Notes under the pieces: model-generated
What the model was told of the DNA's origin: nothing
Seen by the model: only the letters and a program-made list of their open reading frames with translations
Database searches by the model: none
Part shown: one piece after another, positions 48,561-62,048 of the stretch
Numbering within the stretch: position 1 is the stretch's first letter
Layout: each line of letters begins with the position of its first letter
NCBI RefSeq assembly: GCF_001194135.2
Contig: NC_068989.1
Coordinates: 89,512,160 to 89,576,159, forward strand
Source of the DNA: Octopus bimaculoides
Taxonomy: Eukaryota
Reading direction: 5' to 3'
Length of the DNA: 64,000 nt
Translations under genes and position numbers: made by a program

Positions 48561-49955
48561 AGTAGAAAACGACGTCTGTGTGAATGAGTCAGTATTATTA
48601 AGTCGACTGACTGGATTTCTGTTGATCAATAAAGCTTTATATAATCGTTTGAAATGTAATACAATGGATCACCCGACTGAATTGTGTTAGTTGGTAACGA
48701 TTTGATATTAACAGGCATATTCTACCTTTATTTAAAACAGCGTACATTCTGAGTTCAAATTCCGCCGAGATAAACTTCGTCATCTCTTTTGGGGGTCGAT
48801 AAAATACATTACCGATCAAGTGTTGTGGTTAATGTCATTGAGTTACCCACTCCCTTCAGTTTATAATTTTTTTGTCTCACTGTAACAATATTTTAATAAA
48901 GATCTTTAAAAGAAACGATTACTATTTCTATTATTATTATTGCTAGAGTGTAAAATAAAATAGAATTAATGAAAAGCTAATAGTAAATAGGAGAGAGTAG
49001 AGTTGTAACGTTTCTCCTCAGGACTTATCCGAAGATATGTGGAGCTGCCAAACTTAGGACCATTCACCTATTTTCATCCAATTATTTACTTCATCTTATT
49101 CACTGCGAAGCTCTTTTGCTTTATTTACTCCTGAAATATTTCAAAGTAACTTCCTCTTAATCGTTAAAAAAAAGGTCCTTTATTAATCTATTTTAAAGAT
49201 TTTTTTTTCATCAATAATTCTAAATAAATATTATGTTTTTGCGAAGTCCACGCTATTTAAAAATTATTTTCTTCTGTTTATTCGTTCTCTATATTCGGTT
49301 TTCTTTAATTTCCTTTCTGAAATTTTTTTCAAGAACTGTCTCGAGCAATGACTTCCTTTACCGTGAAGGTCACTTCCGGATCACCCCTCTACTGATGATA
49401 TTATCAAAGATATAAAGCATGCTAGTTTGACCTGACACAATAATACTTATAAATATATTACTTTTTACTGCAAATCAAGCGAAGCCCTTACAACCACATA
49501 TTCACCTTGTAAAGATATGTTTATATAGCGACTAAGGAGAGTGTAGCCTTTTTAAATGGTCGTCTGTTTGGTATGTATTGTTTCTCAATATATATATATA
49601 TATTTTTTTTTTTCGTTGCACAACTTCACCCCGCCATGCACTTTCAGTATATATATACATATCTAAACTATGTTTGCAATTATACATGGATATAAAGGGA
49701 TAAACAGATATTGATAGATTATTTTTCGGGAGTGGGGCTGGCCTTTTTCTTTTTTTTTACACGCTACTTGAACAGGGACTTTTCTCTTTTGAACGACCGA
49801 CATTTCAGTTGTATTGAGATACACACAAGATGTTCGGCTTTATGATTTCATCGAGGACAGGAGTAGAAATCAATTATTATTATTATGAAAAAAAAAAACA
49901 AAAAAAAACTAACTCGTCTCTTTGTATCGTGTATGTACACATAAACGAGCGCGTT

Positions 49956-50034
<79 letters not shown>

Positions 50035-51349
50035 ATACACACACGCACATTCACTTAAAGATATGCTTGCATATATATTTACATAGCTGTGTGTCTATGC
50101 GCCTGTTCATGTGGAGGGTATGGTTGGTTTGTAGTTTTGGATCCAGGGCATCAATATTTGTGTTTGTAATTCTCGACTTGACGCCACGTGGGGTTGTCAA
50201 TAGCAAAATCGAAGTAGCATGTGTGTATGTGCGCGCGCACAAACACACATATATGCCGATCCACATATATATACATATATATATATATATATGCAGATGG
50301 ATGTGGTACTTAAGTTGAAGCACCAGAATTTAGTACGGTATTATCCATACAATTTCAAAGTAAGGTGATTAAAATCAAAATAAGCAACAAAGATATCCAG
50401 AGGTATCTGGATATCCTTGTTGCTTATTTTGCTATATATAGTTAATAAACACTGGAGCGCCGGAGTAAAAATGCCTGAGCAGTACGAGTTCAAATTTCGG
50501 TGTTTGTGTAATGGAAGATGAAAATAAAATAAAAATTTTAAGCCCTACGTCTATTGTTTATTGTGGACTTGCAAAATAGACCACTGTTCTATTTATTATT
50601 ATATGCTGGTGTTTGTTTTAATCCACAGGGATCTTATAACTTTTGTCTCGGTGTAAGCAATCTGCTACTCTTCTGTGGTCTTCTGCTGGTTAAGTTGACA
50701 TCGTTAGAAATGTTCGCCTGCCTAGCTATATTTAGTTGTTTCTTCACACTCTAAATTCAAATCCCACCGGTGTTGCCTTTGCTTTAGATTCTTCTCAGGC
50801 CGATAAAATTAGAAGTACCATTCATACACTAGGGTAGAACTTAAGCAACTACGTTCCATCATTCCAGAATATGGGGTCTGTGCTGATTATACTAGTCATC
50901 ATTATCGTAATGGGTGCAATATAAATTTGAACCCAAATCGTCAGAGGTTCAAGGGTTGTGGTTACTTTATTTGTTAGCTTTTTGTTAAAAAAATTTGTTT
51001 ATATTTCTTTATAATTACCCTCATAATAGGTCTTGAAGCGTCACACCTCAATCGCATTGTTTAGTCTTTCAGTTTACGTTTTTTTGTTTGTTTTTTTTGT
51101 TTAGCCGAAGTCTAACCGTAGTTAGAGCAAGGGCTTAATTAGAGAAAAGAATCAGTTGTTTAGCTTTTACTACCAGTGTTTTATGATACAAATTGATCCA
51201 AAACCCTGTTTTCGGCGTATGATGGATAATGCTGTAATAGACAAACACACCAGAGTTGTTAGTTTCTCTGTGCGTGTTGTAGATGTGAATTTCAAGACTT
51301 CATACAACAGCTACAAAGCAATATGAATGTCAGTTTTGGTATTTTGTAT

Positions 51350-52150
51350 GTAGAATGAAATCTAGAGCGTCTGAAAAAAAATGCTTTGCGGCATTTCTTC
51401 CGGCTCCTTAGGTTCTGGGTTCGATTTCCATTGAAGACAGCTTTGGCTTTCATTTCGTCCCTGGGGTCGATAACAAAGTACCAGTCAAGTACTAGGGTCA
51501 AAGTTATTGATTAACCCCATCCCCTCACAATTGTTGGTCTTATGCCTTAATTAGAAATATTGGGGGGGGGGATAAAATAAAGTACCAGTCAAGTACTGGG
51601 GTCGATGTAATCGACTTTGCTTTTCATCCATTCGGAGTCAATAAAAAGTACCAGTTGATCACTGGGGTCGATGTAATCGACCCACCCCTTCTCTTGAAAT
51701 TGATGATCCTGTGCAAAAATTTGAAATCACCATCATCGTTATTATTGTTCTTGTTATGGTGGCGAGCTGGCAGAATCGTTAGCACGGCGGACGAAATGCT
51801 TAGCGGCATTTCGTCCCGCCTTTACGTCGGGGTCAGCTTTGCCTTTCAGTCTTTCGGGGACAATGAAATAAGTACCAGTTGATAACTAGGGGTCGATGTA
51901 ATTGACTTATTTCTCCCCGCAAAATTTCAAGCTTTGTATCTATGTTAAAAAAATTTTCAGAATCGATGTGCCTTGTAGTGTTTAGCTACGCCCTTGTGCG
52001 ATCTGAGTTCACTTCCCGTCGGAGTGAACTTTGCCATTCACCTTCCCTAGGGCCCATAAAATAGTTCCATTCAGTTATTTAGATCAGTACAATTGAAATC
52101 TCTTTCCAATTAGCTCAAATTTCTAGTTTTGTACCTTTATTAGCGACTAC
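51350..52150 (+). mobile_element. Cluster of about five head-to-tail family A SINE copies and fragments
   Basis: Repeated ggggtcgata...aagtaccagt...actggggtcgatgtaatcgac modules at ~51450, 51570, 51625, 51850 and 52030. Confidence 0.85.
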
Positions 52151-52547
52151 CACAAGCGTGTTATTTAGGGCATTGTGGTTGGCAGTCATTAAAATTTGCG
52201 TCCCATACAGAATTTAACGAAACAAGATAGAAAGAGATAAATAAAATGTTTGTTCTATTTAGCATAACCTAAATAGGTTATACTAATAATTCTGTGTATG
52301 TGTGTTGTTAAAAAATTAGTTAATGTTTTGTCCCGCACCCAGCTCAGCTCCGAGTGAGTGTATATACATACATACATACATACATACATACATGTGTGTA
52401 TGAAAATGCACTCGTATATCTGTCAATAGAGTGTGTATATTAATCGAAGTGTATAGTATTATATATCCGTTACGGTCAATCTTACCCAATCGCTTTCGCG
52501 CTTGGGTAAGATCGGCAGTAATGGATATATAATACTGTATGCTTCGA

Positions 52548-52620
<73 letters not shown>

Positions 52621-54130
52621 ATTAAAATGGTACAGCCATGACTATCTCGTCTTTCATTGTGGCATTGCATATCCAAGACTACTTTATTCAGTGTCTCATT
52701 TTTCCCCCCTTTCATAATGGATGGATGTGATCTGAAGGAGATTTGGCTGCTATTTCTAGCTAGGCGAGCTAATAAAAATTATTGTTTTGGTTGATGCGCG
52801 TGGCAAAACATCGACAATGTCCACAGTAGTTGGATCATCCTTGATCCAGGATAAACTTTAAGGGCGTTTTAGTCGTGACTATCCCGCATACATATTCTCG
52901 AGACAAAGTTTCGAGAACTTACTCTATGCAACATTATTATTATTATTATTATCATTATTTTTAATGACAGTTAGGGTGCGATTTGAGGGAGATCTGTTGT
53001 TATTTCTAGCAGGCTGTGCTCCAGCATAGGAACTTACCGGTCCGTCTCAATCGATGTTACATTCTGTGTGATGGGGGTCGGGGTGGAAATAAAAGAAATG
53101 AAAAATGTTTTTGAGTCTCGTCGAAAAAGAATCGTTGTTGAATGACATACTTAATGTGTCACACGAAATGAATTCAGGTCTTTACTGAGATCAAATCGTG
53201 TTGGGAATCGATTTTTCTCTCCCCTTCCAACCCCCAATCCCCTTGCGAACCTTATGAAATAAAAACAGGCACGCCTCAACAAAGTCGGTCATTAGCTCCA
53301 TAACGCTACTTAACTCGAGAAACGACGTAATACGAGAAATCATTTTTCTATCTGTACATATTTTCACATGTAATTTTGATTATTAGGTACTTATTAAAAA
53401 AAAAAAAAACATGCTTGCTGAGACCGACGTAAATTTGATAAATCGGCTGAAGTTGAGGTTTTTTGTTTTTTTTATTACCAATTATTTCTTTAGAAAGAAA
53501 AAAACGACGTAAGTTGAGGTATGTCTGTACCAGTCTTATACTTGTAACTTTATGTAATTCATTACAATTCCTCCACTCAGAGAAAAAAAAAAAGTTATTT
53601 TTCTTATGTCAAATTTAAGTATTAAANNNNNNNNNNNNNNNNNNNNNNNNNNNNNNNNNNNNNNNNNNNNNNNNNNNNNNNNNNNNNNNNNNNNNNNNNN
53701 NNNNNNNNNNNNNNNNNNNNNNNNNNNNNNNNNNNNNNNNNNNNNNNNNNNNNNNNNNNNNNNNNNNNNNNNNNNNNNNNNNNNNNNNNNNNNNNNNNNN
53801 NNNNNNNNNNNNNNNNNNNNNNNNNNNNNNNNNNNNNNNNNNNNNNNNNNNNNNNNNNNNNNNNNNNNNNNNNNNNNNNNNNNNNNNNNNNNNNNNNNNN
53901 NNNNNNNNNNNNNNNNNNTTAACACAAGAAATTATTTTATGAGACTTCGCTAATAAATAGATAAATGGGGGGGACGGGGACAGTGATTTTTAATTCACAG
54001 CATACAATTATTAAACATTCATAATTGGAATGATTAAATAAAATTGAATATTATTTATGGAATTTTTATTTACTGTCGGCTGACTCTTGGCCGACCCTAT
54101 ATATATATATATATATATATATCCCCTGAG

Positions 54131-54266
54131 GAAGGGCATCCAGCTGTAGAAACTCTGCCAAATCAGACTGGAGCCTGGTGTTGCCATCCGGTTTCACCAG
54201 TCCTCAGTCAAATCGTCCAACCCATGCTAGCATGGAAAGCGGACGTTAAACGATGATGATGATGAT
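54131..54266 (+). mobile_element. 5'-truncated retroposon 3' end (family F, (GAT)n tail) with exact 18-bp TSD
   Basis: gaagggcatccagctgtagaaactctgcc...catggaaagcggacgttaaacgatgatgatgatgat; atatatatatcccctgag at 54113-54130 and 54267-54284. A diverged relative lies at ~60790-60880. Confidence 0.9.
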
Positions 54267-55749
54267 ATATATATATCCCCTGAGATAAAGTCAGACATTT
54301 AACAGAAAATGTAGAATTTTGTGGCGTTTTCTTTGTTTTGTTTTTATGATGTAAAATATAAAAATTTTCAACAGTTTACCAAGCATAGTAAATACCATTA
54401 TTATGAGAATTTTCATCATTAAGATGCTTTGGTTCTTGAAATGCCATGTAACAAAAGCACTCAAAATCCGTGAGAATTCTTACATGGTCAATTGACCTGC
54501 TAGAAACAAAAGTCAGTTTACCCTCGAATCACCTTCTACAGCCTTCATAAAGAGAGAACATGTTATAGAAGTGTAATTTAAATACATTCTTTTTGAAAAA
54601 ATGACGAGAAGTGTATGGAAAGAACGCGTCTGGCTAGTTATCGACATCAGCGCTGGAATCGATTGTCAGGCCGTATATATTCCAGTTTTTTACGTTTTGA
54701 GTTCAAATCACCCCTAGGTCAACTTTGCCTTCCATCTCTCTAAAGTCGAGAAAACTGAATACCAAACAATTACTGTGGTTGATTTAAACGACTAATCTTC
54801 CCCCTCCCCGGTCACTAATTTCTGGTTGTTAAAAATTCTTTGTCATAATAGCTTGGATTCAATATAAGCCTCGCGGGCGTTCTGAGTTCAGTTTCCGCCA
54901 GAATGGGCAGTGCTTTTTCCTAGTTTCGATAAAATTAAATGCCAATCTGGTGCCGGGATCAATATCAATTGGCTTTCTATCTCCGGTCTTGTGCCTGTAT
55001 TAGAGACCACCTCTCGATTTCTCGCAGCAAAGAGGAAACAGAAAACTCAAACAGTTACTAAAAACTCTCGATTGACGTGATTAAGTTGAGCTCACAACAT
55101 TACAATTTAAATTCTGTGCTGGGTTTTATTTAGACCATATGAAAGTGATTTTACGTAACACCTTTATGAAAAAGTCCGCGAATTTGCAGTCTGTTGAGCG
55201 CCGAATGAAATGCCTCGCTGTGATCGTTTCCACTATCTGCTTACTGAGTTCGAATCCCACCTTTCATCCTCTTGGGTTTAAAGGTTAACACTCATGGTGG
55301 CTTGTTTGTTTTCCTATGTGTTCGTTCTGTTGTCTGTAAACAAAGTCCCTTTTGTTTTTATGTCCCCGTTCATTTTTCTAACGTCCTGTACCCGGATATG
55401 CATCTATATATACATGTAGATGTAGGTATGCACATATATGTATGTATACATGCATATGCTTATATATAATTTGTATTATTAACACTCATGGTGTTGGATT
55501 GGTGGCGTTGTAAGAATGTCGGACCGGATGTCTACAAGTATTCGTTCCTATTCTTTGCGTTCTGAATTCAAATAGCCCGTGTGGTTGGTATATTTAATCC
55601 GTTGCTCGGTTTTAAGGACACCACCTTGCACTTTCGGTACTTTTATTGGATTCCCGTCTGTTGCAAGCATTTAGACAAGGTCTCGGGTTTTACGAAAGTT
55701 ACTTCCCACTCGTCACGGAGTAAAGGATTATGACCACCGCCTTTCCGCC

Positions 55750-55960
55750 AAATCCACCCGTTCATTTTCTCTGCAACTCTATTCCTAGCAGGGTCAGGTA
55801 TCTCCTCCGTATGACCCCTATCGGAAGGAACCTTCAGTACACGTTCCTGCTGGATTCCCAAGCGCGAACAACTCTAAATATTGTCCAACCATCTCGCTCT
55901 TGGTCTACTCACAGGTCACCTGCCGGTCGGTTGGCAGAGGAAGAATTTGTCTTCCCATCT
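55750..55960 (-). mobile_element. Degenerate 3' end of an RTE (Rex3/Expander-like) LINE
   Basis: Minus strand encodes CQPTGR*PVSRPRARWLDNI*SCSRLGIQQERVLKVPSDR (cf. PTGRRPRGRPRTRW.D...RLGI in RTE ends), followed by a gagaaaatgaacgggtggat tail-like sequence. Confidence 0.7.
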
Positions 55961-56509
55961 TAAAATGAGAGTGGGGGTAGATCAGATAAACATAAATGGC
56001 CAACTATCACTTTCACCCAGGATCATTCATAAAAAGCATCTTCTGTATACATTCCCTCGTCAGACCGTGTTGGATATTTTTTTTAACTGTTTAGTGAAAG
56101 GTTCTTTTGTTAAGATAGGAAACGTGTCTTTCTTTAAAAAGGTTTACTATCAAAAACTAAAAGTATTCGATAAGAAAGTAAACCATTTGGAGCTTTCAGG
56201 CGAAAGCATGAAGGAATTTATTCAGTTAAAATGGTGGATTGAGTTGAAAACAATAACAGACTGTATTTTCTTTATGAGTCTGAATTAGAAACAGGGATAT
56301 CTCGATACATTTAGCTTTGAATCCATTCTTCCAATCATATCAAGCTTCTTAAAACAGAATTCCCTATAAAAAATAATATTTTTTTTAATGTTAAACTTGT
56401 CTGCTGAGCGCTTGCTTCAATGCCATGGTTCTAGTACCACATATTGTGCAAATACCGTCACCAGAGGGATCTTTGAATTAATGTACTTGATATGGGCATA
56501 AATAATAAT

Positions 56510-56800
56510 TCTTTCTAATTTTGGAGGGGAGGGGGACAAATCAATTATATTGACGCCAGTGCTTTGGCTGGTACTAATTTTATCGATCCCCAAAAGATAA
56601 GAAAAGTTGACGTCAGCAGAATTTGAACTCAGAGAGAGAGAAAGCAGATAAACATAAAAGGCCAACTATCACTTTCACCCAGGATCATTCTTAAAGAGCG
56701 TCTTTTGTATACGCTTCCTCGTTAGATCCTAAATCAGTCGGAAGAAATGCTACAATTGATTTTTTTCCGATGCTCTAACAATTCTGCCAGCTCGCAGCCG
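56510..56800 (-). mobile_element. SINE family A interrupted by an 82-bp insert
   Basis: Body to agaatttgaactcag (~56632), insert 56645-56726, then head gtcggaagaaatgc...aacaattctgccagctcgc. Confidence 0.8.
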
Positions 56801-56813
56801 TAATAATAATAAT

Positions 56814-57140
56814 AACAAGAGCAGAGAGCGCAAACCTTCGCCAAGACAACAACAACATCCTCTCAACCATTAGCCAGAGATGATTTTTTAAATGAGAATA
56901 CTAAACATGAATCCGACCGCTCTCAAAAATTAACTTTAAAAAAACCGTGAAGATAATCCAGAGTTCTTGTCCGGTGCCGGATCGATCCCAAAATGTAATC
57001 AGTTCGTGCCAGTCTCGAGGCCAAACATCCTTGAAACTTTCATCCGAATCCATCCAGCGGTTCTTGAGATATCTTGTCTACGGACAAACAGACAAACACG
57101 ACTGAAAACAATACCTCCACCTTCACTAAGGCGGAGGTAA
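56814..57140 (+). mobile_element. Helentron/HINE-like non-autonomous element
   Basis: 5' aacaag...aaaccttcgcc subterminal motif, (acaa)-type microsatellite near the 3' end, 3' hairpin acctccacctt-cact-aaggcggaggt (57113-57138), A/T-rich (taa)n flanks, no TSD; second copy at 34934-35266. Classification is inferred from architecture. Confidence 0.7.
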
Positions 57141-59410
57141 TGATAATAGTAGTTATAGTAGTAGTAGTAGTAGTAGTAGTAGTAATAATAATAATTGTTG
57201 GTTTGGGGAAAGAGATTAGTTCGCTAACCAGTGTAGATGGTTAAAAGATCCTATCACTTCGATTTTTTTCTTTTGGACTCTAGTTTGATACCGGATCCAG
57301 TTTTGAACGTAGTTTCAGGTCGAGGTCATTTCGAGAAATGTCTGATAATGACAATTCTTGTAATTATCAATGCCAGTATTTGGTTGTTAAGAAGTTGGAT
57401 GCGTTGAGTTAGGGCATTTTACACAAACAAATGATAGAATTTTTAATTAATTAGTTAGTCGTATCCATCCCACCCCCAAATCACTCCAGCAGAGAACAAA
57501 AAACAAAAAAAAAAAATTCTTCTGCTGCCGCCAAAGAAAATAATATTGATGCAAATGCCTTTTATTGAGTTACGTCCCTTAGTGATCGGATATCAACTCT
57601 CAAGGTCTACTGTACGTGTCGCCTTTCATGGGGTTTGTAAAATAGATACCAGTAATTCACTGAGATTTGCCTTATAAATATGTGGCCATTGTCTGTCTGT
57701 TAGAAAAGTTTATTATTAGGAGGTCGGATTAAATTTGTTGTGATATTTCTTCTGTCTCTGCGTTTAAGTTCAAATTCCGCCGAGATGAATTTTGCTTTTT
57801 CGGCGTCGAAAAACGAAATTTCCTGTCGTCCAGCCCAGTGGTGTCTTCCTGATCTTTATTTTCTCAGTTTAAATCTCACCAAAGTCAACTTCACTCTTCA
57901 TCCCTTCAAAGTCGATGAAATTATAGTACCAGTGAAGTATTGAGGTTGATTTAATCTGGCTTTTGTGTCAGATTAAATTTGTACCAGTCGGTTGCACCAT
58001 ACAAACTTCCTCGTTTAAAATGATCTAAATTAAAATCTTCCTCCAAAACTTCAATTTAATGTTTTAAACACCATCTTCATAACGAAGTAATTCTATTAAA
58101 TAATTGGTTATTTTCTAACTTTATTGAAACAATGTAAATCAACAGTGTTATAATAAAGGGGAGATATAATATCAAAGTCTAGTCTTTGCTGTGATGTTCA
58201 CACTACTGTTGCGCTCTCTCTCTCTCTCTCTCTCTCTAAGTGTGTGTATGTGTGCGTGCAATAAATAAATACTGAAGTAGATTTAATCGACAATACTCCT
58301 TTGACTATTATGAATTTTTGTATTTTATACTCGTAACTGTTCCCAACAATTTGGGAGTTTATGGTCGATAATAAAAAAAACAACAAAAATATTATTACTA
58401 CTATAGCATTTCTTTTTTATTTATGTCCGTGCTTTAGTCAATTACATATAATGTGCGCGTGGATTATAATATACATGAGCGAGGTTTTAAGCTCGTCGAC
58501 AGAAGGCCTCTATTTTGTAGTTATTGTTAGTCGTCACTGCTGCTACTGCAGATCGAGGGAACACCCTCTCCCCCACCTCCTACTTAGTTTGTATCTTATA
58601 TTCTAGTGTAAGAGTAATGTAACACACGCACACACACACACACACACCACTGCATACGGCAGACATGTGTGAACATAGTTTTATTGCTGACCGAATTTAA
58701 ACTAATACGAGTTCGGTCTCAGCTGTGTGTGAGAGAGAGAGAGACAGAGCGAGAGAGTTATGTATCTTCCTGTTATAAAAACAATTTAAGATCGAAAATG
58801 CATTTTGACTGTTTTGTAAGTTGGCGGTGGTGATGGCTAATCTTGTTTTTTCTTATAAGTATTAGGTATGAACGAGTGTCTTAACTGGTTGTTTAAAATT
58901 AGTTTGCATTTTCGTTTTAAGCGTTTTAAATATGTATATGTACAGAGAGATAGCTTGTTTTTTATCATAATTTTCCATTGAACTGGAGGATCATTCAGTA
59001 ACTATTAGAGTACAAATTAATTATTCTCTAACAAAAATAGTATTGGCTGTGACTTAACCCAACCATCCTCGGACTTAACCCAACCATGGCCACTCTGTTT
59101 TTTATCGTCGTTATTAAGCCAAATGTCGATTTCGTTCATGCTCAAGCAGTTTTTGAAACAACTGTTCCAGTCGTGACCATCCAATTTATTATTATTGTTG
59201 TGGTTGTTAAGATGGCGGACACCCAACAGAAAGTATTAAAGCGTCGAAAAAGATCTGATATTATTTCTTCCGACTCACTTACATTCTGACTGGAGATTCC
59301 TTTCGGGGTCGATAAAACGGGTACCAGTTGAGCTCTTGGATGAATGGAATCGACTTCTCCCTCCCCTCAAAATTGCTGGCCTTGTAAAGAATCATTATTA
59401 TCATTATTAA

Positions 59411-59572
59411 GGCGGCGATCTGTCAGATTGGTCAGCTCGCTGGACGAAATGCTTAGATCAACTTTGCCTTTCATCCTTTCGGGGGGTCGAGGAATTAAGT
59501 ACCAGTGAGACACGAGGGTCGATATAATCGACTAGTCCCCTCCCCGCAAATTTCAGGCCTTGTGCAGAAAGG
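59411..59572 (+). mobile_element. SINE family A, internally deleted, 8-bp TSD
   Basis: attattaa at 59403-10 and 59573-80; ggcggcgatctgtcagattggtcagc...ctttgcctttcatcctttcgggg. Confidence 0.88.
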
Positions 59573-59846
59573 ATTATTAACCCCACCACCCCGTTCTCCT
59601 TTTTAAAAGGCAATAAAGTATTTTGTCGAGATATTAAGACACCCCCCCCCCCNNNNNNNNNNNNNNNNNNNNNNNNNNNNNNNNNNNNNNNNNNNNNNNN
59701 NNNNNNNNNNNNNNNNNNNNNNNNNNNNNNNNNNNNNNNNNNNNNNNNNNNNNNNNNNNNNNNNNNNNNNNNNNNNNNNNNNNNNNNNNNNNNNNNNNNN
59801 NNNNNNNNNNNNNNNNNNNNNNNNNNNNNNNNNNNNNNNNNNNNNN

Positions 59847-59965
59847 CGAAAGGGTGAAAAGAGACAAAGACGACCCCGGCGGGATTTAAACTCACAACGT
59901 AAAGAACCGGAAGATATGTCGCTAAGCATTTTTCCGACGTGCTAACGACTCTGCCAGCTTACCGC
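59847..59965 (-). mobile_element. SINE family A, 5' half (rest lies in gap)
   Basis: gaccccggcgggatttaaactcac...gctaagcattttccgacgtgctaacgactctgccagcttaccgc. Confidence 0.82.
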
Positions 59966-62015
59966 TTTGTGTTTACGATGATAATGGTTGATAAATTAGT
60001 AAAAAAAAAAGCGAGTTTTTGGAGGGCTGTGGCTAAAGTCGATTTTTATCGATCCAGTATAGAGCCGATGCGTTTATTATTATTGTTGACCTACAGGCGA
60101 GTATTTTATTACATTGGCACAGGGCCACATTTTCTGCTTGTAGGCAATTAAAACTACTTTTTTTCTTTTTCTCTTTTTCCGTATCTAAAGAAATGAACAC
60201 ACAATAAACCTCATCAAGATTTCAAAAGCTTAAAACAATACAACTTCTGTTATGCTCCATCGGTTCCGCCATTACTTCTCGCCTGGGAACAGGCCACGGA
60301 AATGGAAATAAAGTCATTTTAGTTGTGCCTCACTGATTCTGTCGTCACGTAAGCACCGGTTACAAAAATCGTTGTCGCAGTAAAATTGTATCAATCCGAG
60401 TGAATGACTGATTGGTGCCTATTTTATCGATCTGATAAGCAAATTCGGTCGTCACGGTTGGTTGCAACGCAAAATCACGAATCCGCATACGCAAGAAAGA
60501 GTACGTTCTCGCCCTACCTGCTAGAAATAACAGTCAAATCTATCCATATTTTATTGTCCTACAAAAAAAACAATGCGGTCTTGGAAAATATGTATGGTCA
60601 CTGTTTTAACGTCTTTTATCATAGGTATTGTTTGATCAGTGCCGGCTCTTCAATCTACTACCGGCGTGTGTGATGCGTACACATACATTATATATATACT
60701 CACACACGTGTCTTGACATCGCGTGATTGCTTGTACTAAAGTGACAGTAGTTTACGAGTGTCCGTTTCCAATCTTCCGTGAAAACATGTCCCTCAGAAAG
60801 GGCATCCGTCCGTAGATAATCTGCCTCAATAAACTGCGTCCAATCCATGCAGACATGGTAAAGTTGGCGTTATGATGATGCTATGTGTGTGTGTCTGCGT
60901 GCACAGTCGTCTGAATAAACGGCAACGTGAAACAGGGCAACGAATCGAGAAAACTTCTGCTTCAAATGAAACATACTAAGTCTATGTATTAAGTATTTTT
61001 ATCTTCTTTGTAAACAGTGAACACTTGGGTGCCTGTTGTCTTATATAAATATAATTTTTCCCCAAAATAAACAACTTCATGTCTATACTGACAAAACGTG
61101 ACTAGAGATGGCTCCCATTTTTCCAAGCTGTTGCAATTTTCTTTCCTTTTGTTTTTGTTTTTTTTTTCTTTCTTTTTTTTTGGGTCAAAAGAAATTTAGG
61201 TTGAAATGAAACGGGGATTTTGTCTTATGTGTGAGTCTGAATAAGACCTCCAACTTCGATAAGATTTTAATTTTCAATTTTGTATGTTGTACACATTCTG
61301 TTATAATCCTTATGGATAACTGAATACAGTGCAACAGTGTAAATAACAATGCAATCGAAACAAACGGCAGTAACCACACGAAACTAGAATAGCTGTCCCT
61401 ACTTCATGTGGTAGGGAAGGGGTATTGAAGTGAAGAGCAAAATATATATTTTTTTAAATAATAAAATCCAGCACGCTAACTCGAACTATGGAACTCGCGC
61501 TAGCTCCCTCACTTACTCAGGCAGCTACGATTTATATGTAGTGGTCCAGTCCATTCTCGCCAAGGGGGACATCGTACGCGCGTACAACACACACACATGC
61601 ATACACTCAGTAAATCCTGCTCGCATATACATTCATTTATTCATCCACAGCGCGCAGTTGCTTTATATCGGTGATCTCGTACAGATATGCATATACACGT
61701 GTAATAAATAAATATCATACAGCATATCAATATAGTGGTATGAAACGTGTTCGCGCGCGCGTGTGTGTGTTTGTAAGTCGCGCGCACATACACGCGTCTA
61801 TTATTTTTTTAGGAATTACGATCCTGATAGATTTTTTTTTCTTTTTTGCACCAAAAGCATTTATTTTTTTAAATATATTTTGCTCTTCATTCCCTTGACC
61901 CTTTCCTTCCTCATGAAGTAGGGACAGCTATTCCAAAGCTGCCCCCATACATTCGCACGCGCATACGCATAATCTTATGTGTCGATCAGCATCTATGGCC
62001 AAGCTGGGGCACCAC

Positions 62016-62048
<33 letters not shown>

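Noticed and set aside
57284-57359. Possible 76-nt plus-strand exon (FDTGSSFERSFRSRSFREMSDNDNS)
   Set aside because: Good acceptor but weak donor (gtaatt) and no homolog recognised; same applies to 27419-27439 and 33960-33999
59050-59087. Direct repeat gacttaacccaaccat x2, superficially CRISPR- or telomere-like
   Set aside because: Only two units with a 5-bp spacer; a simple local tandem duplication at the edge of a family C repeat. No CRISPR array or cas gene anywhere in the window
59212-59289. aagATGGCGG start and peptide MADTQQKVLKRRKRSDIISSDSLTF, with a minus-strand gtaagt donor
   Set aside because: The segment aligns with a decayed family A SINE head that continues into cctttcggggtcgata
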